This document shows positions 1 to 7,417 of a stretch of DNA of 35,231 nt, in pieces (position 1 is the stretch's first letter; each line of letters opens with the position of its first letter). Location: positions 1-35,231 of the IMG/VR virus record IMGVR_UViG_3300027798_002719; one strand, 5' to 3'. Position numbers and translations under genes: made by a program. This DNA comes from a virus (taxonomy: Duplodnaviria > Caudoviricetes). Under the pieces are notes generated by a model. That model was not told the origin of the DNA and did not search any database. It saw only the letters and a list, made by a program, of their open reading frames with translations.

Positions 1-67
1 TAGGTAGCATTGACAAAACCTAGCTTTACCTCCGTGTCAATTTTAAATGGCCGGTGAGTATGCTTTA

Positions 68-135
68 TGGTGGACCTGGCGGGAGTCGAACCCGCGTCCA
101 GAATGCCTTCACTTTGAAGGGATTACAACAATTCC
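68..135 (-). ncRNA. ssrA: tmRNA 3' (acceptor) piece, probably from a circularly permuted two-piece ssrA gene continuing past the window start
   Basis: Minus strand 99..68 reads GGACGCGGGTTCGACTCCCGCCAGGTCCACCA: T-arm plus acceptor 3' strand with encoded CCA, typical of tmRNA. The matching 5' strand (GGGCCTG) is absent upstream, where small ORFs and cspA lie. The 5' boundary is approximate. Confidence 0.75.
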
Positions 136-204
136 TTACATGAAAACGTGTATCAAAACAAATATAACAATTAAAACTGTTACAATGAGTTGATGCGCTT
201 TCAT
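136..204 (-). CDS. small hydrophobic peptide, 22 aa (MKAHQLIVTVLIVIFVLIHVFM)
   Basis: Hand-translated; starts 1 nt after the upstream stop; single TM-like stretch. Confidence 0.4.
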   Translation of the reverse strand: MKAHQLIVTVLIVIFVLIHVFM

Positions 205-205
205 A

Positions 206-280
206 TTACTTACGTTTCTTAAGTACCCTACGAGCAGTAGCCTTAACTGAACGAGGATGATGTGCCTTAAATTTAGCCAT
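206..280 (-). CDS. small very basic peptide, 24 aa (MAKFKAHHPRSVKATARRVLKKRK)
   Basis: Hand-translated; strong RBS AGGAG upstream of the ATG; directly downstream of cspA. Confidence 0.6.
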   Translation of the reverse strand: MAKFKAHHPRSVKATARRVLKKRK

Positions 281-293
281 CTTTGTCTCCTAA

Positions 294-497
294 TTATGCA
301 GGCTGAATGTTGCTAGCCTGCTGTCCTTTTTGACCCATAGTTACTTCAAATCTTACACTCTGACCTTCTTGTAGCGTTTTAAAGCCATTTGATTGAATCT
401 GTGAAAAATGCGCAAATAAGTCTGCGCCGCCATCGTCCGGAGTAATAAAGCCAAAACCCTTGGCGTCGTTAAACCATTTTACTTTTCCTGTTACCAT
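294..497 (-). CDS. cspA: cold-shock protein
   Basis: [15 protein letters not shown] (RNP1) and LFAHFS (RNP2) motifs, 67 aa. Confidence 0.97.
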   Translation of the reverse strand: MVTGKVKWFNDAKGFGFITPDDGGADLFAHFSQIQSNGFKTLQEGQSVRFEVTMGQKGQQASNIQPA

Positions 498-523
498 TGT
501 TACTTTCTTCCTATTAAAACACT

Positions 524-552
524 ATTATAGTGTCATGTATTTAGTAGAGCAA
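524..552 (-). promoter_or_regulatory. sigma70-like promoter for cspA
   Basis: TTGCTC-17 nt-TATAAT on the minus strand; a TAAATA motif (538..543) lies in the spacer. Confidence 0.55.
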
Positions 553-608
553 TCAATTTGACAAAAAGAAACTAAATATTAGTGTATTAAAAAGCCGGGA
601 GCGAATCG

Positions 609-1172
609 ATGGCATTATTAGACTCAGTATTAAACTTGGTTACTAAACAACCAAAAGACACAGACGCACCCAAGCCGCCAGCTGGTTCACGTAGCGAACG
701 TGAAGCACGAATCAAAGACAAAGCAGGCATGGTTATCAGTATCTTTGCGCTATTGTTAGCGGTTAATGCATGGTATGGTGGCAAGTTGTCCAGCACAGTG
801 TTAAACAATACCCTAGGTGCCAACAATGCTTGGGCACAATACCAAGCTAAAGTTAGTCGAGGTGTCAGCTATGAACTTGCTGCCAAGACCACTACTGATA
901 CAAAACTCAAAGCAGAATTCATGTCTGAGAAAGTACGTATGGACCTAGACAAGAAAACTATAGCCGACCAAGCTCGAGTAATGGAACACGAGCGTGATGA
1001 AGCCAAAAAGTCCAGCCCATGGATTGGTTATGCATCAACTGCGTATCAGTTGGCCATTGTTGTGTTATCAGCAAGTATTTTAGCAGTTAGCATGGGCATG
1101 TTCTGGGGTAGCTTTGTGGTAGCAGGCGTTGGTATAATATTGAGCCTGAACGGATTGTTCCTCTGGTTCTAA
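609..1172 (+). CDS. DUF4337-like membrane protein
   Basis: TM helix, then NNAWAQYQAK motif, coiled region and two C-terminal TM helices; TAAATA at 573..578. Confidence 0.7.
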   Translation: MALLDSVLNLVTKQPKDTDAPKPPAGSRSEREARIKDKAGMVISIFALLLAVNAWYGGKLSSTVLNNTLGANNAWAQYQAKVSRGVSYELAAKTTTDTKLKAEFMSEKVRMDLDKKTIADQARVMEHERDEAKKSSPWIGYASTAYQLAIVVLSASILAVSMGMFWGSFVVAGVGIILSLNGLFLWF

Positions 1173-1185
1173 AGGAGCTAGCGGT

Positions 1186-1800
1186 GTGGACCCAATTACA
1201 ATCGGACTTGCATTTTCAGCCGCTCAGTCTGCTGTAAGTTATATTAAACAAGCTGTTGCACTAGGCAAAGACATCAACAGTCTTGCAGGGCAATTCAGTA
1301 AGTTTTTTGAATCCTCAGATTCTATCCATCGTGAACGAACAAAGTTAAAAGCCAAAGCTAATCTACTGGGCAAAACAGATGCAGAGCTAGGTCACGAAGC
1401 ACTTCAAATTGCCATGCACAGTGATGCTCTACGTCAAGCAGAGCGCGAACTCAAAGACATGATTCTTTGGCAACTAGGCAAGCCACAAATCTGGGAACAA
1501 ATGATTGCCGAGCGTACTAGACTGTTCAAGGCACGTGCCGACGCCCAACGTGCAGAAGAAGAACGTGAATTAGCGCACAAGAAGAAAATGGCAGATCAAT
1601 TTATGTTTGGAATGTATTTTATAGCAGGGTCTGCTGTTGTGTTTGCAATTGCAATGGGAGGCGTTGGTATATACGGTGCAATGGAAGAAAAACGAATATA
1701 TGAAGAAAAGGTTGCCAAGAGACTCCTAGTTATACGTCAGCAACAAAAAGAACGTGATGCTCGAGAACAGAAAGAGCGTGAAGATTACGCTAAAAACTAA
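1186..1800 (+). CDS. phage coiled-coil membrane protein (MDP-start family)
   Basis: GTG start with AAGGAG RBS; N-terminal amphipathic helix, coiled coil, TM helix near the C-terminus. Confidence 0.75.
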   Translation: MDPITIGLAFSAAQSAVSYIKQAVALGKDINSLAGQFSKFFESSDSIHRERTKLKAKANLLGKTDAELGHEALQIAMHSDALRQAERELKDMILWQLGKPQIWEQMIAERTRLFKARADAQRAEEERELAHKKKMADQFMFGMYFIAGSAVVFAIAMGGVGIYGAMEEKRIYEEKVAKRLLVIRQQQKERDAREQKEREDYAKN

Positions 1801-1810
1801 AGGATAAGTC

Positions 1811-1930
1811 ATGTACTTTAACATTGTCATCACAACAAACGATCTAATATTCTTTTTATGCATGATACCGTTCCTAATGGTGTTTGGTGTTATGTTCAAA
1901 GACTGGTACAATGACAAAGATAGGTATTGA
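1811..1930 (+). CDS. small membrane protein, 39 aa (MYFNIVITTNDLIFFLCMIPFLMVFGVMFKDWYNDKDRY)
   Basis: Hand-translated; AAGGA RBS; fills an operon gap. Confidence 0.6.
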   Translation: MYFNIVITTNDLIFFLCMIPFLMVFGVMFKDWYNDKDRY

Positions 1931-1936
1931 CTCACT

Positions 1937-2095
1937 ATGTTTGAATGGATCTTAATACTTGCACTAGCCAAGGAACCAGATATTAAAAAATGGCCTGAGT
2001 GGGAGTGTGTGCGATGGACTTGGTCAGGTGATGTGTATAATCGCAGAGTAGTTTGCTTGGAATGGAGAAAGCGGGAGAACCGATGGATCCCTTGA
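1937..2095 (+). CDS. small Trp-rich protein, 52 aa, with a Cys pair (WECVRWTWSGDVYNRRVVCLEW)
   Basis: Hand-translated; fills an operon gap; hydrophobic N-terminus. Confidence 0.6.
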   Translation: MFEWILILALAKEPDIKKWPEWECVRWTWSGDVYNRRVVCLEWRKRENRWIP

Positions 2096-2865
2096 CCCTT
2101 TTTGCATTGGCTAATGGAGCAGTCTCTGCTGTCAAGGCCGGCTGTAAACTTTACAAAGATATCAAAGGCGCGGCTGGCGATGTAAAGGATGTGATTAAAG
2201 ATCTCGATGCACAATTTCAAAAATTACATCCTCCAGAAAAACCGCCTACAGTAGCACAGAAAAATGCCTACATAGAAGAAAAAAATCGTGTAATTACGTT
2301 GAACAAACGAGCCAACGCAGATGACCATACTAGCATCTACACAGAGATCGGCAATCATCTTGGCACATACTATGATAATTTTTACAAATGCATGGCTGTG
2401 TTCGAAGTAGAGGAACGAAGGGCAAAGACTGAAGTTTACACAGGCGATGACAGTCTAGGCAAACGTGCTTTACAACGTGTGCTGATGCGTAAACAATTAC
2501 AACAAATGGAAGTTGAATTACGTGAACTAATGGTCTATCAAAGTCCTAAAGAACTGGGCGCATTGTACACTGAAGTAGAAGAAATGATGGCACAAATGGG
2601 TAAGGAACAAAAAGTCCTTATTACTCAACAAATGCAACGGCAAGCCATAGAAAACAAACGCAAGGCCGCAAAAAGAAAACAACTCAACATCCAGTTTGCT
2701 TGGGGGATAGGAGTATTGATTATAATCTTTTTTTTCTTTTTTATAATGATGTTGGTAGCACAGAGTCGACAGCAAATGTACCCACAATATGGTAATGGGT
2801 TCTTTCCAACATCTGAGGAAGAACGTCGCCGAGAAGCTCAGCCGCATGTTTATATAGGAAGGTAA
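2083..2865 (+). CDS. phage coiled-coil membrane protein, probable paralog of 1186..1800
   Basis: Start moved to ATG 2083 (MDPLTLFALANGAVSAVK, GGAG RBS); same architecture; LQQMEVELRELMVYQ resembles LRQAERELKDMILWQ. Confidence 0.75.
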   Translation: MDPLTLFALANGAVSAVKAGCKLYKDIKGAAGDVKDVIKDLDAQFQKLHPPEKPPTVAQKNAYIEEKNRVITLNKRANADDHTSIYTEIGNHLGTYYDNFYKCMAVFEVEERRAKTEVYTGDDSLGKRALQRVLMRKQLQQMEVELRELMVYQSPKELGALYTEVEEMMAQMGKEQKVLITQQMQRQAIENKRKAAKRKQLNIQFAWGIGVLIIIFFFFFIMMLVAQSRQQMYPQYGNGFFPTSEEERRREAQPHVYIGR

Positions 2866-2878
2866 ATACTCTATTAAA

Positions 2879-2974
2879 GAACACACCTTAGGACCCGTTA
2901 TTCGTAACGGAGTGTGCGCCGGCTGCTGGCGCGAGAGGCTAGGCCGGGAATCCTAGGCTTTCGAAAGTGAGCAC
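2879..2974 (+). ncRNA. unnamed structured RNA between convergent genes
   Basis: GC-rich island with three stem-loops (including CCGTTA-TTCG-TAACGG) and its own TAAATA at 2863..2868. Confidence 0.6.
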
Positions 2975-2976
2975 TT

Positions 2977-3057
2977 TTATTTTAATTGCCATTCAAGCCA
3001 CATTAAGAACGCGGTAATTAACAATGTCAATATTAGAACAATTTGTGGTAATCTCAT
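2977..3057 (-). CDS. small membrane peptide, 26 aa (MRLPQIVLILTLLITAFLMWLEWQLK)
   Basis: Hand-translated; ATGA overlap with the upstream stop. Confidence 0.5.
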   Translation of the reverse strand: MRLPQIVLILTLLITAFLMWLEWQLK

Positions 3058-3485
3058 ATTTTGTATAGTTTAAAAAAGTAAGTAACTAACGTGCCAGCCA
3101 CAAAACACCAGCACAACACATCAATCTGTTTTTGTCGGTCATGATCCATAGCAGACAATTCAGCTTTGTATTCTTTTTCTATAACAGCTTTTTCAGCTTC
3201 TACTTTAGTCCATGCATCCTTGCCGTATTTTTGAATGGTTTCTGCTTTTAGTCTGGCCACATCACGTTCATACTTCATTTTAGATTCAAACTTTTCAAGA
3301 GCCCTGTATTCAAGAGTTGATTTTCGATGTTGCTCTGCTAGTTTAGATTTTATACGGGATTCATGCTCGCGCCGAACGGTAGCCTCCATATCAGCCTGCT
3401 GGCTTGATACAACTGCTCCTAATTCCTTGCCTGCACTTTGGGCTGTTTTAAGTGCCGTTGTTGCGGATTTGACTCCGTCAAGCAT
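3054..3485 (-). CDS. coiled-coil protein with C-terminal membrane anchor
   Basis: Start moved to ATG 3485 (AGGAG RBS); TAAATA at 3509..3514. Confidence 0.7.
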   Translation of the reverse strand: MLDGVKSATTALKTAQSAGKELGAVVSSQQADMEATVRREHESRIKSKLAEQHRKSTLEYRALEKFESKMKYERDVARLKAETIQKYGKDAWTKVEAEKAVIEKEYKAELSAMDHDRQKQIDVLCWCFVAGTLVTYFFKLYKI

Positions 3486-3632
3486 GTTGTTGCTCCTGTT
3501 ATTAAAAGTATTTACTTGCAATAGCAATAATATTAAACTCTACTGTTATTATTACAACATGTTAATTTTCCAACATGTTAAAAAAACAACACCTTAATTT
3601 TTTAGATAAATATTTGTCAGGAGGACACAACC

Positions 3633-3791
3633 ATGAAACAGAAAAAACTACTAGTTAAACTGTACAGGGCTTGCGTCGACCATGATACAGAAACGGTTTT
3701 TGAACTCAAGAAGAAAGAGTTCGCTAAGATACTGAAACACAAGGCCGAAGGCAAACCATTTACAGCAAAATGGGTTTTGGTACAAGTTTAA
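3633..3791 (+). CDS. small basic hypothetical protein, 52 aa (MKQKKLLVKLYRACVDHD...)
   Basis: Hand-translated; AGGAGG RBS; TAAATA at 3607..3612. Confidence 0.7.
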   Translation: MKQKKLLVKLYRACVDHDTETVFELKKKEFAKILKHKAEGKPFTAKWVLVQV

Positions 3792-3835
3792 CACAAATGT
3801 AATCTTTCAAACACGATACTACGATAAATATTGCT

Positions 3836-4609
3836 ATGCAAAAAACTTATCGTAGTATTTTTGTGAGTGATGTCCACTTAGGTACAAAAGACTGTAAGGC
3901 GGAACAACTCAATAATTTTCTCAAGCACAACACCTGCGATACTCTCTACCTCGTTGGTGATATCATTGATGCGTGGAAGATACAACAAAACAAATGGCGA
4001 TGGAAACAGAGCCACACTAACGTAGTACGCAGAGTACTTGGCCATGCCAAACGCGGTACCCGTGTGGTATTCATAGCAGGCAATCATGATGAATTCTTAA
4101 GGCCCATGATACCTTATGGTTTCAATTTTGGCCTTATAGAGATACACAATCAAACGGAACACATTGGTGCAGACGGTAAACACTATCTTGTTACACATGG
4201 TGACTTATTTGATGGCATCACTAGACTGGCACCATGGATTGCGTTCTTAGGAGACAAGGCCTATGACATTATTCTTACACTCAACAATAAATTTAATTGG
4301 ATTCGGCGCCGTATGGGTTTTGGGTACTTTAGCCTTAGCAAGTATCTTAAGTACAAGGTTAAAAAAGCAGTAGACTTTATATTCAAGTTTGAAGAAAACT
4401 TGGCTAACTATTGTAAGAAGCGTGGCTTTGACGGTGTCATATGTGGACACATACACCACGCAGAGATCAAAGAAATCAACGGTGTCACATACATGAATGA
4501 CGGAGACTGGGTTGAAAGTTGTACAGCACTTGTAGAACATCACGATGGCCGTTGGGAAATTGTAACATGGACCAAACAGAATGACAAAGACGATACTGAT
4601 AATAACTGA
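3836..4609 (+). CDS. UDP-2,3-diacylglucosamine pyrophosphatase-like metallophosphoesterase (LpxH-like, COG2908)
   Basis: SDVHLG, GDIID, GNHD, HGD, GHIH and GDWVES motifs. Confidence 0.88.
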   Translation: MQKTYRSIFVSDVHLGTKDCKAEQLNNFLKHNTCDTLYLVGDIIDAWKIQQNKWRWKQSHTNVVRRVLGHAKRGTRVVFIAGNHDEFLRPMIPYGFNFGLIEIHNQTEHIGADGKHYLVTHGDLFDGITRLAPWIAFLGDKAYDIILTLNNKFNWIRRRMGFGYFSLSKYLKYKVKKAVDFIFKFEENLANYCKKRGFDGVICGHIHHAEIKEINGVTYMNDGDWVESCTALVEHHDGRWEIVTWTKQNDKDDTDNN

Positions 4610-5588
4610 TAACTTACCGGAGCAGATCAATGGCGTTGTCACAACTTACAAAAACATCGAGGCTTGTGCGGTTCTGGATGGTTATTGCGTTGTTTACATT
4701 ACTCCCAGGGACTTCCGCCACTTTGATTGTCCTGGCTACAACGAAGTCAAGATTGCCATTACCTGGCAGATGGGCAAGAAGATTGAGGCGATCAGTGCGG
4801 ATTATATCCATATCGCCACAGAGGGTCCTGTTGGTCTGTCTGCTAGAAAATATCTTTCAAAACATCGTCTTAGGTACAATACTGCTTATCATACTAAGTT
4901 TCCTGAAGGACTCCGTGCTTTATTTGGAATACCTGAAGCCATTACTTGGCCTTTAGTACGTTGGTTCCACAAACACGCAGGCAAGGTGTTGACTACTACA
5001 GACACAATGGTAGCAGAGTTGCGGGCACATGGATTTGATGGTGATGTTATTCCTTGGACACGCGGTGTTGACCGTAGTATATTCAATCCAAGTCAACGTA
5101 CTGGTACTGTGGTAAATGGTCCTATACTAGTATGTGTTAGCAGAGTCAGTAAAGAAAAGAATTTAGAAGCTTTCTTTGAAATGCCCTATGCGGGTGTTAA
5201 GTTTATGGTGGGTGATGGTCCCATGTTGGAAGAGTACAAGGAAAGCTATCCTGATGTAAAATTTGTAGGTGCCAAGCGTGGTCAAGAACTAGCCAAGTAT
5301 TTTGCCATGGCGGATGTGTTTGTGTTTCCTAGTCGTTGGGAAACATTTGGACTGGTAATGATTGAAGCAATGGCTTGTGGCACTCCCGTAGCAGCCTATC
5401 CTTGCCAGGGTCCTTTAGATGTCATAGATGAAGGCGTCACCGGGTGTATGCGTGAGGACTTGGCACAAGCAGTCACTGATGCGTTACTATTAGATAGATC
5501 CAAAGTTTTAGCAGGTAGTCAGCGTTGGACATGGGAACGTGCCTGGACTATCTTTAGAGACAATTTAGTATCTGTAAAATCATTGTAA
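4581..5588 (+). CDS. GT4 family glycosyltransferase
   Basis: NGVV, HIATEGPVG, VSRVSKEKN and ETFGLVMIEAMACGTPV motifs. Confidence 0.92.
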   Translation: MTKTILIITDNLPEQINGVVTTYKNIEACAVLDGYCVVYITPRDFRHFDCPGYNEVKIAITWQMGKKIEAISADYIHIATEGPVGLSARKYLSKHRLRYNTAYHTKFPEGLRALFGIPEAITWPLVRWFHKHAGKVLTTTDTMVAELRAHGFDGDVIPWTRGVDRSIFNPSQRTGTVVNGPILVCVSRVSKEKNLEAFFEMPYAGVKFMVGDGPMLEEYKESYPDVKFVGAKRGQELAKYFAMADVFVFPSRWETFGLVMIEAMACGTPVAAYPCQGPLDVIDEGVTGCMREDLAQAVTDALLLDRSKVLAGSQRWTWERAWTIFRDNLVSVKSL

Positions 5589-5645
5589 TCAATTATCCGT
5601 TAAATAATTATGTGCCACAAGCACACTAACCACAAGGGGCTCAAA

Positions 5646-5963
5646 ATGAAACTTGAAATGACAGTACACGGGTTAAATGTTAATTTAGAATTAGACGATG
5701 ATGCATACAACGGTTTAGAAGTTTTACAGCACGTAAAAGACCTAGTTGATGAACTATCATCATACGACAAAGTTATGTTTTCAGTAGTATCAGTATCTGA
5801 TGACGAAGACTTTGAACAAGCTGAAGAAGAAAACGAATATTACGAAGATATGACAGCAGAAGAACATGTTGCACAATCAACATGGCCATTTCCAGAAGGC
5901 GGGTTGGACGACCAAGGTACAGAAGTAGTTGCTTTTGTTGAATCAGAACAAAAAGCAGATTAA
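5646..5963 (+). CDS. highly acidic hypothetical protein
   Basis: Start moved to ATG 5646 (AAGGGG RBS); D/E-rich; TAAATA at 5601..5606. Confidence 0.7.
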   Translation: MKLEMTVHGLNVNLELDDDAYNGLEVLQHVKDLVDELSSYDKVMFSVVSVSDDEDFEQAEEENEYYEDMTAEEHVAQSTWPFPEGGLDDQGTEVVAFVESEQKAD

Positions 5964-5979
5964 TAGTCAGTTTAAATCG

Positions 5980-6019
5980 GCCACAAAGATTGAGTGGTGC
6001 CGGAACTCGTAACCAGCAC
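5980..6019 (+). ncRNA. candidate compact pseudoknotted RNA element
   Basis: TGAGT/ACTCG and GTGCCGG/CCAGCAC pairings interleave as an H-type pseudoknot. Confidence 0.35.
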
Positions 6020-6020
6020 T

Positions 6021-6042
6021 AAAGAGCCTAGGCTCTTTTTTT
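6021..6042 (+). terminator. intrinsic terminator
   Basis: AAGAGC-CTAG-GCTCTT hairpin followed by a T tract. Confidence 0.7.
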
Positions 6043-6057
6043 ACGGATAAATACTAG

Positions 6058-6771
6058 ATGGATAAAATAATAGCAACGTTAGTGATGACGCACATTACAA
6101 TAGTATGTGTTACCCTATACCTACATAGATGTCAAGCACATAGAGGGCTTGAATTCCACCCTGTAATAAGCCATTTTATGCGACTTTGGTTATGGCTAAC
6201 TACTGGCATGACTACTAAACAGTGGGTAGCAGTACACCGCAAGCATCATCAAAACACAGACGTAGAAGGTGATCCGCACTCGCCGCACGTATTTGGCATA
6301 TGGAACTTAATATTCGGCGGAGTTAAGTATTATAATCAAGCAGGCAGTGATGCTCATATGGTTATGAAGTACGGGATGGGAACTCCCAAAGATTGGATCG
6401 AACGAAAACTGTATACACCCCACCATCGCCTTGGCATTCTTGTAATGCTGATCATAGATCTATTGTTATTTGGGCCATGGGGATTCTTAGTGTGGGGTGT
6501 TCAGATGATATGGATCCCGTTTTGGGCCGCTGGCTTTATCAACGGTATTGGACACTGGTGGGGATATCGTAATGGTGAAACTAAAGATCATTCACACAAT
6601 GTAAGTCCCTGGGGTATCTTGATTGGTGGGGAAGAACTACACAACAATCATCACTTGGATCCTGCTAATCCTAAACTAAGCCGTCGTTGGTTTGAGTTTG
6701 ACATTGGCTGGATGTGGTTTAAATTATTTGAGTTGCTAGGGCTTGCTCATCAACGTGTCAACAAAGTCTAA
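6058..6771 (+). CDS. membrane fatty acid (delta-9 type) desaturase
   Basis: His boxes HRCQAH, HRKHH and HNNHH; DPHSP; GEELH. Confidence 0.93.
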   Translation: MDKIIATLVMTHITIVCVTLYLHRCQAHRGLEFHPVISHFMRLWLWLTTGMTTKQWVAVHRKHHQNTDVEGDPHSPHVFGIWNLIFGGVKYYNQAGSDAHMVMKYGMGTPKDWIERKLYTPHHRLGILVMLIIDLLLFGPWGFLVWGVQMIWIPFWAAGFINGIGHWWGYRNGETKDHSHNVSPWGILIGGEELHNNHHLDPANPKLSRRWFEFDIGWMWFKLFELLGLAHQRVNKV

Positions 6772-7380
6772 TAACAACTGATGTTGTTGTCCGTTGTGAT
6801 ATTTGCCACGCATCCAACTATAGTTTTCATACCAATGACGTTCGCTTTCAGGATGGCATCCTATTAAGCCAAGTCGTCCTTGTATTATTGCCATAGCGTC
6901 ACCGTTGGCGTAAGTTGCTATGGCATCGTACTTACCGTTACCGACCAAAGCACACCCATCGTAAAAAAACATTTCTGTATCAGTGCCATTCCAGTTGATT
7001 TTAATATTTTTAGCATGAGGTCTCCTTGTATCTGTTCTAGGTCTAGTTATGTACTGAACAGCATCTACATCTTCTAGCATATTTAGATAATGTTTACCAG
7101 CCCAATATGCACCCATACATATTCCAAGATATTTGCCACCTTGGTGGACAAATTGTTTTATTCTGGGGCCGTTGTTTCCTAACAGATAATCAAAGCTAGA
7201 CGCATCCCCTATCCCCCCAGGAACAGCAATACAATCTACACCGTCAAAAAAATCCGCCTCTAACTCATGGCGGGTAAAAATTTTAAAATTGTAATGACTA
7301 CTTAGTGATTTAATAATCCCATTGCCTGACTGTACAGAACATTTGGGTTGATGCAAAAATAATGCAATTGTAGGTTTCAT
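6736..7380 (-). CDS. BPL_N-like class I glutamine amidotransferase-fold protein
   Basis: VPGG, YLGICMGAY nucleophile elbow, CHPE. Confidence 0.8.
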   Translation of the reverse strand: MKPTIALFLHQPKCSVQSGNGIIKSLSSHYNFKIFTRHELEADFFDGVDCIAVPGGIGDASSFDYLLGNNGPRIKQFVHQGGKYLGICMGAYWAGKHYLNMLEDVDAVQYITRPRTDTRRPHAKNIKINWNGTDTEMFFYDGCALVGNGKYDAIATYANGDAMAIIQGRLGLIGCHPESERHWYENYSWMRGKYHNGQQHQLLLDFVDTLMSKP

Positions 7381-7417
7381 TTCATAGTCTTAATAATGTT
7401 GAGCTATAAATTCAGCT

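Noticed and set aside
68-140. Ordinary tRNA gene
   Set aside because: Only the T-arm and acceptor 3' strand are present. No D-arm or matching 5' acceptor strand lies at tRNA distance, and the sequence fits tmRNA.
2728-2742. T-rich run as another slippage site
   Set aside because: It encodes FFFFF inside a TM helix, and the gene continues sensibly in frame 0.
6736-6771. 36-nt convergent overlap of the desaturase and BPL_N-like genes as antisense regulation
   Set aside because: Short tail-to-tail overlaps are common in compact phage genomes, and there is no further supporting signal.
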